Source: the human T2T-CHM13v2.0 reference genome, Homo sapiens. Taken from it: a stretch of 64,000 nucleotides of DNA. Below, one piece after another: positions 46,585 through 60,829 of this stretch. Where the stretch lies: the NCBI RefSeq assembly GCF_009914755.1, contig NC_060933.1; one strand, given 5' to 3'. A program made the position numbers and the translations under genes. How positions within the stretch are numbered: the first letter of the stretch is position 1; each line of letters starts with the position of its first letter. The notes beneath the pieces are model-generated. The model worked only from the letters and a program-made list of their open reading frames with translations, was not told where the DNA came from and searched no databases.

Positions 46585-47190
46585 TTTTTAAAAAATTGAG
46601 GTAAAATTCACATAACATAAAATGAACCATTTAAAAAATTTTTAATTCCTGTGAGTACATAGTAGGTGTATATATTCATGGGGCACATGAGATGTTTGGA
46701 TACAGGCATGCAATGTGGAATCACATCATGGGATATTAAGTATCCAACCCCTCAAGCGTTTATCGTTTGTGTTACAAACAATCCAATTATACTCTTAGTT
46801 ATTTAAAAATGTACCATTATTATTGACTATTAGCTATCCTGTTGTGCTATCAAATAATAGGTCTTATTATTTCTTTCTAAATTTTTTTTGTACCCATTAA
46901 CCATCCCCGTCTCCCCCCAGGTTTGCCCATTACCCTTCCCAGCCTCTGGTAGCCATACGTCTGCTCTCTGTCCATGAGTTCAATTGTTTTGATTTTTAGA
47001 TCTCACAAATAAGTGAGAACATGCGATGTTTGTTTTTCTGTGCCTGGCTTATTTCCAAATTAACCATTTTAAAGTGAATCATTTGGTGGTGTTTAGTACA
47101 TTCACAATTCATTACCTCTGTCTAGTTCTAAAACATTTTCATCATCCCACAGATCAACCCTGTACCCATTAAACAGTTACTCCCTATTCC
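46585..47190 (-). mobile_element. L1MA fragment nested in an older L1MB fragment
   Basis: L1 3'-end motifs; AACCATTT duplicated at the junctions. Confidence 0.7.
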
Positions 47191-48418
47191 CCCTGACTTT
47201 ATTGCTTATTTTTATAAGAAAGACTCATTACCATGCTTGTGTGTGTTCTTTGTTTTTAAAAGCTATTTGTTTGGTACTTTTTCATAAAGTGTTTTGTTTG
47301 TTTAAAGGGTGAGTGATTTTATTAAATATGGAAATTTAGGGAGATTTGACTTTTTTGATTTTAGAAGGAGGGTCAAACTGTAGAGAAAGATGACTTCTTC
47401 ACTTCTTGAAAGTACTGATTGAGGAGGATTTATTGTGAGACATAACTGAGTGAGATTAACTTTGGGAGATGTACTCAGTAAGAACAGCCCAGGACGGCTC
47501 ATAGATGGGACAGACTTCTTCAAGGCATTGAACTCTTTCAAGTTCCAGGAAATGAAAAGTTCCTCCAGAAAAATGTTGCAGCCCACATATCCTATTTTCC
47601 TGACACTCTTCTTCTTCCTTCATTCTCCCCTCCCAGGCCTTAGCACCATCTAAAGGTGAGAGAGTCAGATGGTGTTAAAATTGCCAGCAAAGGCCAACCT
47701 TAATGTGGGCGGGAGGTTGGGGCAGAGGTGGCTGCTGAGTCCAGCTGGGATGCTGGCGTGCGGAGAGAATCATCTTTCTGGCCTCTCTGGGAGTGATCCA
47801 GTTTGTTTCAAATAAATACTAAAGGAAATAGTTTGTTTACCTAATCACTTTCTATATCTATCACATATTGGTAGTAATAGTGGTCATTGATCGATCATCA
47901 GAACATTTTTGAGGCAGGTTTGAGAGAATATTAGTGGTCATTAACTTCTTTTTTCCCAAATTCAAGCAACAAAAAAAGTAAAAACTTATTTCAAATAATA
48001 TCAAAATGTGTATTACAAGGTCTAGTACATATAACTAATTTTCCATAGTTTGTGCTATGTGTAAGACTAGTCTGTGCAAATCAAAGTGTAAAAGCAATAT
48101 ATATTTCAGAAAGTTACCTTTTAAAGGACTTAGCCATTTGGGGGCATCAATAATCATCATTTGCTAATTTTTATATTTGAATGCATAATGCATCTAAGTA
48201 TTTTCATGTATTATGGTTGCTTAAAGCATGTTATTGCTGATAATAGCCTTCATTTAGATTCATGGAGAAATAGTTATAATAAGAATGTAGATCAGCTTTA
48301 AAACTAAATAAATTGCTAGTGCAGAATCATATTTACTGCTCTAGTCTGCTACTGAGAGGAGGTAAACAAATGGAAAAATGAATGGATGAAATATTTTATT
48401 TTTAATTTCATTTTTTAA

Positions 48419-48716
<298 letters not shown>

Positions 48717-49068
48717 GGATGAAGTAATTTGTTTCACTAGCATAATTTTGATTTATATGGAATAGTAATTATAATCAGAAATATCAAAGCCTTTCTTTTA
48801 AAAGTATTTTTCCCACCTGAAATATGAAAGCAACACATGCTCATGACAGAATTTGGAAATTTTTGTGTCTATTTAATGCATAGTTGTGTTCTTATCACAT
48901 GTGAAATTTGTGTCCTACATTTTTCATCCACCATGATGATGTAAACATTTCCTAACACCTGAAATTTGCTCTCGGTAGGCATCACCCTACTTACTTACAA
49001 AGTCATGGTAAGTGTTATCTACTGATGGTCAAAAGATGTTTAAAATGTGTATCTTTATTCAGAAAGTG

Positions 49069-49392
49069 TTTTTTGGTTGTTTTTGTTTGTTTGTTTGTTT
49101 TGTTTTGTTTTTTGAGACGGAGTCTCGCTCTGTCACCCAGGCTGGAGTGCAGTGGCGTGATCTCAGCTCACCGCAACCTCTGCCTCCCGGGTTCAAGAAA
49201 TTCTCTGCCTCAGCCTCCCGAGTAGCTATGATTACAGGCATCCCCCACCATGCCCAGCTAATTTTTGTATTTTTAGTAGAGATGGGGTTTCACCATCTTG
49301 GCCAGGCTGGTCTTGAACTGCTGGCCTTGTGAACCACCTGCCTTGGTCTCCCAAAGTGCTGGGATTACAGGCATGAGCCACCGCACCTGGCC
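49069..49392 (-). mobile_element. AluS-like
   Basis: Antisense Alu; TSD TCAGAAAGT. Confidence 0.9.
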
Positions 49393-50070
49393 TCAGAAAG
49401 TTTTTAGAACATTTGGTTGGTACAGGCCAGAGCACATATGGTCTGTGTAATTAGCCAACTCCTTAGAGCTGCTTGGGGTTTCTGGACTGGCTGAGTTACT
49501 GCTTCATATCTTTTAGCTCTTTAGCCTTATTAATGGTTGAATTACATATTAACTTTTCTCATACAGAAAATGTTCATTCTCCCTGAACATGAAGAGCTAG
49601 GATAATGATTTTCTTAAAATGAGCAGATAGCAGATGTTGATCTTAAAGTGTTCAAGGATTGAGGCCTTGTTTAAGAGAAAATCAAGCTTCTGGCTGTTTT
49701 TCATGACTCTAATTCTAGACATTTATATTTTTATGAAAAAATGTATACCACCTTTTAGAATTTCTACAAGGAAGAAGTTTTATTAATACTCTATTTTGAT
49801 ATACAAATGTCTTGCTTTGGTTGTAGAAGAATGCAAGATGTGTGTGGAGAATCTTTATATATGTAATTCTTTGAAGTTCATCATGGGAAAAAAATCTAGC
49901 CGTCTATTCATGTGTTAATTTTTCAGTAGTGTTTTATTATATGGCTTATGTGCTGATTTAAGTGTATAAAACCACATTGCTTATTAGAATATGATAGAAT
50001 TTTGAATCTATATAATCATATTCTAATTCATGAAAAATCACATGGAGTCAAACTTTTTTTTTTCTTCTAG

Positions 50071-50121
50071 CCAGATGAATTATACTTTGAGGAAGGTGAT
50101 ATTATCTACATTACTGACATG
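50071..50121 (+). CDS. OSTF1: OSTF1 exon 3 PDELYFEEGDIIYITDM (SH3)
   Basis: ttctag|CCA...ATG|gtaagt; SH3 ELxFxxGD motif. Confidence 0.97.
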
Positions 50122-50219
50122 GTAAGTCCAGATAACATCTTGTAATACCACATATAAAGACTGTTTTATGTAGCTATAACATTGTAAGTTATTTAAATAT
50201 ATATGTACATAGAAATACA

Positions 50220-50862
50220 TATGTACAAGTCTGTTCATTTTAGCACAATTGATAGTAGCATAAGATTGAAAATAGCCCTTATTTCCATCAATAGGGAAAG
50301 AGTTGAATAAGCTTTGGTCTAGCCACAAACAGAATATTATGCAGCTGTAGAAAGAAATGGGGAATATCTCTATATGCTATTATGAAGTAATTTAAGTGAA
50401 AAAAAAAGCAAAGTGAGAAAATGTAGATAATATATCCTCAGTTTTCTAGGAAAGGGTGAGAGTGTATGTGTACACACACATACATGCAGACACTTGTTTT
50501 TCTCAATTTCAGATAAAAAGTTGAAAGATGAGTTGCAAAGTAAAATTTAGTTTTATTCTATGAAGAGTAAAGATCCTTTCTCTAGGTGGAAGGAGAGAAA
50601 TAGGGTATAATGAACATAGATGGAAGATAGACTTTTTAGAAAATTATACCTTGTTTTGTGGATTTGACTTTGAACTGATGTAAACCTTGACATGGTTAAA
50701 AATTGAAGTAAAAAGCAATCCCTAAAAATTAAAAGCAGAATGAATCAAATGAACTTAATTGTACCCTGGTAATTGGCCTAACCACACAGAGAGGAAATAT
50801 TCCAAGTTTAAAACTCAGCAATTTGACTGAACATCCATAGTAGAATATGGATATGTATGAAA

Positions 50863-50913
<51 letters not shown>

Positions 50914-51002
50914 TCCATATATATATATATTTTGTCCATATATATATATATTTTGTCCATATATATATATATATTTTGTCCATATATATATATATATTTT
51001 GT

Positions 51003-51046
<44 letters not shown>

Positions 51047-52610
51047 TCCATATATATATATGGACAAAAAGAAATGGCCAAAAAAGGGTAAATTGTTTTA
51101 AATCATGCCCTTGTTAGGGAAATGTAGGTATTGCTAATTCTGAGATTGTTGCATGTGTATTGTGGTTTAGAGCAAATGAGTAATTAGGTCGGTGATGTTG
51201 CTAACGGATTTTCAGCATAGCAAAAAGGATACACAGATGTAAGATTAATGACAGTTTAAGAAAAACTCTGTATTCCTTCATCTGAATTGCAAGGATCACA
51301 TTGTATTTTATCTAAAATAAAACAAAAATATTCCCTGCTGTGTTCTTTGAAAGGGCCTAGGAAAAATGACCAACCCAATAATAATATGTTATTTTCCATT
51401 GAAATGTACAGGCTTCTTTGAGAAATGGCTGGTACCAAGTCAGGGGCAGCAGAGGTACAAGATAAACCCAGAACATCCTCTTATTAGAAAACATGGAAGC
51501 TCCTAAAGACAGTAGGGTCACACTGAAAGGACTTGGGAACGAACTTGAAGAGACTCCCACTGGCCAAAGATAGGACAATTTGAGCATCAATTAGGGCAAC
51601 AACTTCCAAGAATTGAAACCCATTAAATACATTTAAATTTATGAGTTTCTAATGTTACTTCTGAGGAAATCTCATTGGTCAGCATGAGAGAATGCTAGGA
51701 AATCAGGTTTTTATTCTGACAACTGTTAAGGGAAAGAATCACCATTTATTCTGTGTTTTCTTTATGAATTTCTTACCTGGGCAATCTGAGAGCTGATGAG
51801 GAAGTTTTTGTTTAAAGAGGTATTCAGGTTATTTCAATGAAGAAGGAATGATAGAATTAGAATGTCACGATCTTGCAGCCTCTAGGAAATAGTGGATCTA
51901 GACAATGATCATCAAGGGCTACTAACATTACAAAAAGAAGCCGACTAGATAGTTTGCATTTCCTAATGGAAGAAATCAATACTGCCTAGGAAATAGCCTT
52001 GCCAAAAAAAATTGGAGCTGAATCTAATTAAACCTCTAGAACTGATGACCAATTTATAGGCAATACAGGGAACAGAGGAACATGCTTAATGATAACACAG
52101 GGATACAACAGGCAAAATCCATAGAGGTTGACACTACAGAACAAACCAACTGGATTCTTCAACAAATACATTGTAAGAGATAAAAAAGAATGGAGAGACA
52201 ACCTATAGATTAAAAGATACTTAAAGACAAATCAATCATATTGTATAGCCCTTATTTGAGTCCCAAATTATGGGGCAGTTGGGAAATTTGAGTATCGACC
52301 TAGATATTTGATGATATTAAGGAATTATTGTTGGAAAAAACTTTTAAGCTGTGATAATGGCATTATAATTGCCTTTCAAAAAGTATGTGTCTTTCAGAGA
52401 TACGTACTGAAATATTTACAAATGAAATAATATGATGTCTAGAATTTATTTTAAAATAATCCAGGAGGGGAGGGACGTCGTGGGGGCATATATGAAACAA
52501 TATTGGTCATTAATAAATGATTTGTGCAGTTGGGAAATGGGTATATATATGGTCATTACATTGTTCTTTCTACTTTTTTGTAAGTTTAAATTTTTCTATA
52601 ATAACAAGTT
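50220..52610 (+). mobile_element. Old L1M (L1MC/ME-type) 3' region
   Basis: Degenerate L1 3'UTR motifs, e.g. GATATTTGATGATATTAAGGAATTATTGTT and CATACTGAAATATTTACA-like. Confidence 0.6.
50866..51069. repeat. Interrupted (TA)n / (TA)nTTTTGTCCA minisatellite
   Basis: Six TTTTGTCCA units between TA runs. Confidence 0.95.
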
Positions 52611-53012
52611 ACCCCCAAAATGAAGATAATATAAAGAGATCTTTAGAACTTCCTCCCCCATAAAAAAAATTATCTCAAAGCTAAGAGAAATGAAACTGTG
52701 GACAAAAAATCATATAGCTAGTCTAAACTAGCGTAATTTGTTTTCTTCTGTTTCATGTCATCTCTTATTTGTTTGGTTGTTGAGACTCTGTCATGAAACG
52801 TATTCCATTTGTTGCAGGCAGATGCGTGTTTATTTGTAACTGAGTGGTAAGGGAGACGGACACCCACAGCTAGGGCGTGAGGAAGCTTGATAGTGTGGGT
52901 AGGGTTGATGGACATTTTGTAGAACAGGTACTCCCTAGGAGCCAGATAATTTGAAAAGTGAATGAATGCAGTCTGGATTTCATACCACTTAATTTAACTC
53001 TTCTTTTACCAG

Positions 53013-53076
53013 AGCGATACCAATTGGTGGAAAGGCACCTCCAAAGGCAGGACTGGACTAATTCCAAGCAACTATG
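53013..53076 (+). CDS. OSTF1: OSTF1 exon 4 [21 protein letters not shown] (SH3 end)
   Basis: ttaccag|AGC...TAT G|gtaagt; WW and GLIPSNY SH3 signature. Confidence 0.97.
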
Positions 53077-54204
53077 GTAAGTGTTGCTGAGTGGTTTTAC
53101 TTTAGCTTCGTTCACTTGGAATTTTTTGGTTCTTGATGCTTTTCTGCTTGCTACTGTGGCTGAGAAAGCAATGGAGTCATTGTCAGTCTAGGACATTTTC
53201 TATTCCATGAGCCTTCTGTTAATAAACTGGCCATGAACACCAGATGTGCTTGAGCCTGACTCTGTGGCCTAAGAGAATGCATTTTAGCATTCTTAACCCA
53301 AGGTTTCCAAGGAAACACTTATGGTTTTACTTTCTTCAACCCTTAAAACAATTTTTTTTAATGCTGATAAACTCAATCTTGCAGATAGTTTCTTAGACTA
53401 GCCGTTTCTTTTGTGATGGAGTAACCCGGCCTTGTTCATTCATGTTTGGGGCAGTGATGTTCATTAAATGCTTATCATGGCAGTTTGGAGACTTTGAGAG
53501 ATGAGAGACACGGCTCCTGCCATGAAGCTGCTTCAAGCTGGAAGTGGGACAAACAGATAAAACACTTGTTTAGTTGTCAGCAGAATCAAGTCAAAAGAGC
53601 ACAGAATTGATAAACAAGGCTCCTGAGTTTTAATCCTCTTTCTTCCATTTCCTAATAACACTTCCTACTGATTCTAGGACAGCAGCGAACATGCCTTCTT
53701 TAAGAGGCAGGTAGCTATGCTGATTGTTCTTTCTGAATACAGGAAGCAAAATACTCCCCTCATCCGATCCTACATAAATACACACAAGAGAACCAAAATT
53801 ATTTTCAGGTATCTTTAAAGCAGAGTGATCTACAAAATGTAAAAATGAACATCAAATGCTTCCTTTTGCATTTTTGTGACTTTGTTTATTAAATACTTGA
53901 GTAATATCAAGTGTGCATTTAACTCAGGTTTGCGGGTTTGTTTGTTTTTGTTTATACTTCCAGTTAATTACTATGTTATTGCCTTATTGCTTGGCTTGGT
54001 TTCCCTAAACACATAATTCAGCTTCATTTAATGCAAGAACTATCCATTTGATTTTCTGTTACTTTTTATCCACATTAAGTAAAGGAAACTGTGTTGAATG
54101 CCCTGGTACTCCTGAAGCTGGGGGACTGTGGTGAATGAGTGGCTTCAGTAAATCATTTGTGTGGCAATTCCACATTGGGTTAACACTTTTTATTTTCAAT
54201 CTAG

Positions 54205-54258
54205 TGGCTGAGCAGGCAGAATCCATTGACAATCCATTGCATGAAGCAGCAAAAAGAG
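54205..54258 (+). CDS. OSTF1: OSTF1 exon 5 (V)AEQAESIDNPLHEAAKR
   Basis: tctag|TG...AGA G|gtaggt; ankyrin PLHxAA motif. Confidence 0.96.
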
Positions 54259-54801
54259 GTAGGTGTGATTCTTTTTGACTGAGGTATGCAGTACAGTAAA
54301 AGGCACGGATTTCAATTAGCTTCGACAAGTGCATACACCCACGTAACCAACACCCAGATCAAGATCTAGAACATTTCTGCCATCCTAGAAAGTTCCCTTT
54401 GCACCTTCTCAGTTAAATCCCTGCCTTACAGTCTGTCCCAACATCTACTACCCTAGAGAAGTGTGATTTTAGTTTTAAAATGTCAGTCAAGAAACACTGT
54501 TGTGGGGAGATGCAAGTCGAAAGACATGGTCTGTGACTTCCAAAGCACAACATCTGGCAGGGGAGAGAGAGATGTAACAGATCATTAAAATATGGTATGA
54601 TAAGTACAGCAATTGAAATGTGTTTGACAGGCCGTAGAGGCCCAGGTGAGTAACTGGAGGGCAAGAGAATGGAAGGGTCTGGTGGGTACAGCATTTAGGA
54701 GAGCGTTGGTGTGGTGAGCATTTGGCCAGGGAGGGCATGACTAACAGGGATGAACCTCCCCAAACAACGATCAGCCTTGTCTTGGGCTTTATTCTGTAGA
54801 T

Positions 54802-55014
54802 CAGTAGTCCTCAGCTAGGGGTGATTCCTCTTTCACAAACCCCGAGGGTATTTGGCAATATCTGGAGACATGTTGACTGTCATGACTGGAGGGATGTTAC
54901 TGGCATCTTTTGGGGAGAGGCAGGCGTTGTTGCCACACATCCTACAGCACACAGGAGCACCCCCACAATAAATCCAACCCCAAATGCCAATGGGGCTGCT
55001 GCTGAGAAACCCTG
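54802..55014 (+). mobile_element. MER20 DNA transposon
   Basis: ATTTGGCAATATCTGGAGACAT...GCTGAGAAACCCTG. Confidence 0.82.
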
Positions 55015-55377
55015 CTGTAGATAATGGGGAGTTTTTGTAAAGCCTCAATGAGCTCCATTTCATTCCATTTTTAGATTTTTTTGGAAATCTGAATGTACAC
55101 AAGGAAATTATTGGTTAGGATTGTGAAAAAGTAAAAGGACTAAACTGACATTTAAAAAATTCTTTGTGAATTAGATACTTGGGACATTAGCCTGAGGATT
55201 TTAAATTAATAGTTATAGTTTAGCATATAAGAGCAGCAGCTTTGAGTAGGTTATTTAGCCTTTCTTATAGGAACTGAAGATGCATTTTAAATATGAATAT
55301 GAATAGTATCTGCTTGTTCTTAGGTTTGATTGTTTTTTCCTCAATTTCCAGAATTTCACAAAGAAAAAAATAATATA

Positions 55378-55410
55378 TACACATACACACACATACACAC
55401 ACACACACAC
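55378..55410. repeat. Imperfect (CA)n microsatellite
   Basis: Seen directly. Confidence 0.85.
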
Positions 55411-55693
55411 CCCCCTATATATTTTTTAACAGAATAGAAATACCTTAAGTATACCCATTTAGGCAACTATTCCCATTAACTTATCATTAGAAACATTGAT
55501 GTTAATACTTTCCATTAATAAGCTGGAAGTCAAAATGTACCATAATAAATGCATTAATGGGGAGGTCTTAATTTAATACTTGCTGATTAATCCATTGCAA
55601 ATGGAAATTTATGCAGAATGACATTGATTTAAAAACAAAATAAAAAGTGAAAGCTTTTTTTCTTGTGTTCTTGTAAATGTAAAATTCTTTCAG

Positions 55694-55801
55694 GCAACTT
55701 GAGCTGGTTGAGAGAGTGTTTGGACAACAGAGTGGGTGTTAATGGCTTAGACAAAGCTGGAAGCACTGCCTTATACTGGGCTTGCCACGGGGGCCACAAA
55801 G
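55694..55801 (+). CDS. OSTF1: OSTF1 exon 6 (G)[35 protein letters not shown] (ankyrin)
   Basis: tttcag|GC...AAA G|gtatt; overlaps ORF 55663..55881. Confidence 0.97.
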
Positions 55802-56745
55802 GTATTACATTTTGTTTGTTATATGTTTCTATGCTGCTGAAAATGTGTTTCACCTACGGGAGCCAGATTTACAAAAAATGAGAAAGGAAAAGCATTGGCT
55901 ATTCTTTTTGAATCCTTTAGAATACCGGCCAAAACCCTTGTTCCTGGAAGCTCTGTAGAACAGTGGGTAGAATGTGGTCAGTCAGCCTCACTGCATGGGT
56001 CCCTCTCGCTTGAAAGACTGGACACTTCCTTTCCTCTCTCAGGCTTAGAAAGGTTACTGGAAAACAGCAGTAATATAAAAACAAAACCACTGTCTAATCT
56101 TACAGAAGGAAAGATCAGAATTTGCTCCTCTAGCTTAGCTTTTCACAAGGTCTTCTTTTATGATTTGCATTTTAAGTTTAATGCAAACTATTAGATTCAA
56201 GAGAAAGCCAACATTTGCCAAAGTTAGTGATTCCATTGATACTTTTTCTGTTGCAATCAATAATAATGACAAATTGAATTTTTAGATGTATTTCTTCCTG
56301 GACAAAAATTTATCACCCACCGCTTTTCTACCTCTCTCTATAACAAAAGAAATAAACTCAACAACAATAAGAAATGAAGATCTCAACAAATTAAATAGCA
56401 GTGCCAAAGGAAAATTTGTAACTGTCTACTAAAAAGAAGCCTATCTTATTTTAGCTAATAAACATGTTAGTTATATGAATGAAAAGTATTATAGTGAATG
56501 TAAAAATATTCCTCTAAGTGTCATATGAAAATGCAAAAGCCAAAACTATTAGAAAAAGTATATTTTCCTAAATAATTCCACTTTTTAGATTCTTAAGTTT
56601 TTCTATTTTATAAATTTTACAAAATGTGTTAACATTTTCTTGAAGGTTCTTCTGAAGAATCTCTCTTTTATAAAATTATTGTACCTAGATTTGTCAGGCT
56701 TCTAATTTTCGTTCTTAAAAGGTATCTTTTCTCTTTGAATTTCAG

Positions 56746-56795
56746 ATATAGTGGAAATGCTATTTACTCAACCAAATATTGAACTGAACCAGCAG
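56746..56795 (+). CDS. OSTF1: OSTF1 exon 7 (D)IVEMLFTQPNIELNQQ
   Basis: ttcag|AT...CAG|gtaag; keeps the frame. Confidence 0.96.
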
Positions 56796-58029
56796 GTAAG
56801 ACTGCTTATTTGAAAATTATTTAACACATACCTGCTTGTTGTCTTTAGTACAGAGCAACTCATGGGCATGTGAAGTATTGTAGTCAAAATCCCACAAGCA
56901 CATAATTTAAAAATTATAATTGTACTAAAATTCAAATTATCCACAGCCCCAAGTGCCAAACCCACTCCTCCTCATATGTCACTTTCAGCTTTTAGCTCTT
57001 TCTTCCTGTACTTACCTTTGTGTTACTAAGGAATAGGCTGACGGAGCTATCTCGCCATGCATTGTCTTCATGTGTACTTTGGCCTCCTGTTGGGTATGTG
57101 AAGGGTTAAGCTTGTCAGCTGCCCCAGCTCTCGTCTTTCAGCACCCCAGCACCAAGCCTGTTCTCCTCTGCTCCTCAGTGTACTTCATCACAGTTTTTGG
57201 TTATATTACTATATAATATTTACTTTATTATGGGTGTCTAAATAGTGTTCACTGCTTATATAACCTTTTTTTGTTTCTGTACTTACTTTTTAAAACTCAT
57301 TTTTTGTTATCTCACTGTGACTTCTCTACTGTTTTATACAGTCTTGATATATAATACTTTTCCAAAATGTGTAAGATAATCAACAGCTTTCTTTTTTCTC
57401 CCTGGATTCATTACTTCCTGAAGCTCTCCATCATTCTCCAGTCTGAGCAGCTTGGTCCCTGTGGCCCTTTGCTGTCCTCCAGGGAACCCCTTCCGTTCTC
57501 TGCCATGTTGCATCTTCATTTTTCTGGATCCCTTGTCTTTCTTTTGTCAGAGAACATCTTCAAGTAGATTCCTGAGAAAGAGAAGCTTGGGATTGATTAT
57601 GTGGCTGATCAGAATTCTAGGTCAAAAACAGTTTCCCTTAGAATTTTGAAGGCATGGCTCTGTGGCATTCTTGTTTCCAGGGTTGCTTTTGAGAGATTTG
57701 GTGCCATTTTGATTCCCATTCTTTTATGTGTGATCTGCTTTTTCTCTTGCTAAGAGTATTTACTTTATTGTTGGTGTTTTCAAATTTTATGATGATGTGC
57801 TAGCATTCATCTCTTCCCAATGATTATGATGAACTCTTTCAGCCTGGAAAATTATCTTGTATTATTTCTTTTAGAATTTTTATCTGACCCTTCTTTGTTC
57901 TTTTGGTTCTGGAATGCCCATTAGTAGGATGTTGGACTTCTTGGATTGAACCTTCAGTTTTCTTAATTTTTCCCAGAGATATTCTCACCTTTGTTTTATT
58001 TTGGTTATCTTTTTAATTCCCCAGAGTTC

Positions 58030-58565
58030 TGTATTAGTTTTCTATTGCTGCCTAGCAAACGACCACAGGCTTAGCAGCTTATACTTTCTGTACGTCAGAA
58101 TTCTGGGCATGGCATAGCTGCGTTCTCTGCTCAGGGTCTCCCAGGTGGAAATCAAGGGATTGGCTGGAGCTGGATTCTCATCTGGAGCTTGGGGTCTTCT
58201 TCCAAGTGCATTTAGGTTGTAGGAAGAATTGATTTTCTTCTAACTGTAGTATTACTGAGGCCCTCAGCTTTTAGAAGCCACCCCTCCCTGTAGACAGCTC
58301 ACAGTATGGCTGTTTGCTTTCTTCCTCAAGGCCAGAAGGAGATTGTCTCTCTGCTGTTTCATTGTTTTTATTTTTTAGGGGCCCACCTGGTTAGGTCAGG
58401 CCCACCTGGGATAATGTCCCTTTTGAAGAATTCAACATCCGCTGACTAGAAACCTAATTATGGGAGTGATAGCCTGTTACATTCACTGCTTTCACTTGCA
58501 GTCAAGAGGAGGGGGCCTGTACCAGGGCCAGGAACCTTGGGGGCCATTCTTAGAATTCTGTTATA
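58030..58565 (-). mobile_element. MLT1 LTR within an old antisense L1M
   Basis: TGTATTAGTTTTCTATTGCTGC start; GGGGCCAT.CTTAGAATTCTG end. Confidence 0.7.
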
Positions 58566-58760
58566 AGCCCTTATTTTACTCTGATTGTTACTTTTACGTA
58601 GTATCTTTTTCTTGTTTCATGACACAATATGATCTTATATCTTGCTGATATAATATTTATAACTTTTCAAACTATGTTTTTTGGCTCTTCACTGTACTGT
58701 GTTTTTTCCCTTTGAGATCCATTTATTTTGTTTGTTTTGGTCTTTACTAAAATATTGTAG

Positions 58761-59093
<333 letters not shown>

Positions 59094-59940
59094 CCTTATC
59101 CATTCATTTTTAGGTGTGATTGGAAGCTGTGTGTGCTTGGTGAGGCCTGCTGGCGGTTGGGCTTCTCCACAGGGTGATGTGGTGAGGTCCTGGCTATTTT
59201 GCTAGGTGACACCCAAATGCTAATGAAAGTGACACTCCTTCCCTTCCCTGCACATGGGGCTGCACTGCTTCACCAGAGAAGTGCCCTCCAGTCTCCTGCC
59301 TGGGGGTATGTGCACACTGGGCAGTGGGGTACGTAAAGGTACCTGAGAGAGGGGTCTTACTGTTCAGTCTGTAGGTTTTTTACCTAACCCTCAGGTTTGA
59401 GTTTCTGGCCTTTTGCTACTTCTCTTGTACCTAGTGTTCATGAACTTGGAAACTATCAGGTTAATTTCTCAACAAGTAAATCTGTCATCATTATTGGGTC
59501 ATCTGGCAGCAAGAGAAGGGGAAGAGGTTCTGAGATTCTACTTTTTATGAGTACTTTAAACCAATATCTCTGTTTTCCCACCCATGCCTCATGCCTGCCC
59601 TAGCACCTCCAGGAATCTCCAATTCCTAATTTTTGCCAGGCTTCTGCATGTTCAAATCTGCTTCCTTCCTCCTGGATCTCCCTCCGCAGGCATGTGCTTT
59701 TCAGCTCGTGCTCCACCAAGTCAGCTTGTACTCCTCCATCCTATTCCATCTCCCAAAAATGACTCCTCTCCCATCTCTTGAGTCTCCTTTCCTTTTCTCT
59801 TTGGAATTTTATGTGGTTCTATAACTTTGTTCCCATTTTAGGTTTAACTTTTAGGTTTAACTGGGTTAAACCTGAATTAACATGTACTTTCAATCCACCC
59901 TCTATCTTAAAAATGGTACTTTCTCTTTTTATCACTATAG

Positions 59941-60019
59941 AACAAGTTGGGAGATACAGCTTTGCATGCTGCTGCCTGGAAGGGTTATGCAGATATTGTC
60001 CAGTTGCTTCTGGCAAAAG
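59941..60019 (+). CDS. OSTF1: OSTF1 exon 8 [26 protein letters not shown] (ankyrin)
   Basis: tatag|AAC...AAA G|gtaaag; canonical GxTALHxAA motif. Confidence 0.97.
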
Positions 60020-60829
60020 GTAAAGTTTGTGCTGAGTTTATCTGGTCTTTGCTTGCCCTGAAAAATAGTCTATATCAACTTACGCCATTTGAAATGGTAG
60101 GAAGAATAATAGTCTTATTTCAAAATAGGGTTTAACCTTTGCTCTGCCTGTGTATCATGGAGTAGTTATGATAAAATAAAATTATTGGGGGTTGGTTTGT
60201 GTTAGTTTTTAATATAAACTAAAACCATGGCAAGCTTTAACATTACATATATTACTTTTAGTAAGAACTGTATTGTATGTTTCTGCAGGATTATAGAGCC
60301 TTAGAAACAAAGAATGTATGTGTACACGTGTGTTGGGGAGATCCTGTCTGAGAAAGCTGTATAGGTAAAGTTGCTGAGGCCCCTGTTCTCACAGGGAAGT
60401 CTTGACAGATAAGCAAGAATGATGCGGCTGCAATGTCCTGCTTTGAGCTGAGCGGGTGCTAGATGTAAAGTGAACGAGAGAGGATATCTTGATCCCCTGT
60501 TTTTATAAGTCAGAGGAAACAGTGAATTTATAAACTGACTATCCCTTTATCCTTTTGTCCCACAAATATTAGTTTACTCTTAGAGAAGGCCAGGCAGATC
60601 ACCTATACCATACTCTAGTCCAGAAGCCTATCATGTAGGATGCTTGAGTCCCCAAGACACTTGTCATGGAATTACCCTCATTAGGGATCCTCAGAGCAAT
60701 ATTGTGGGATATATGATAGGAAATGGTTTAGATTTTAAGTATGCTGGTGATGTAAGCTGCAGGTCTAAAAGGCCAGACATTATGAGGATCACTCTAGTGC
60801 CCTGTAAAGGGTATACTGATGACTTTGAT

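Noticed and set aside
50069-50074. Alternative acceptor TAG/CCAG 4 nt into exon 3
   Set aside because: It would frameshift, and there is no sequence support beyond a nearby AG.
50729-51117. IY-repeat ORFs and a repeat/spacer look resembling a CRISPR array
   Set aside because: This is a low-complexity TA minisatellite; the spacers are only TA runs and the context is eukaryotic.
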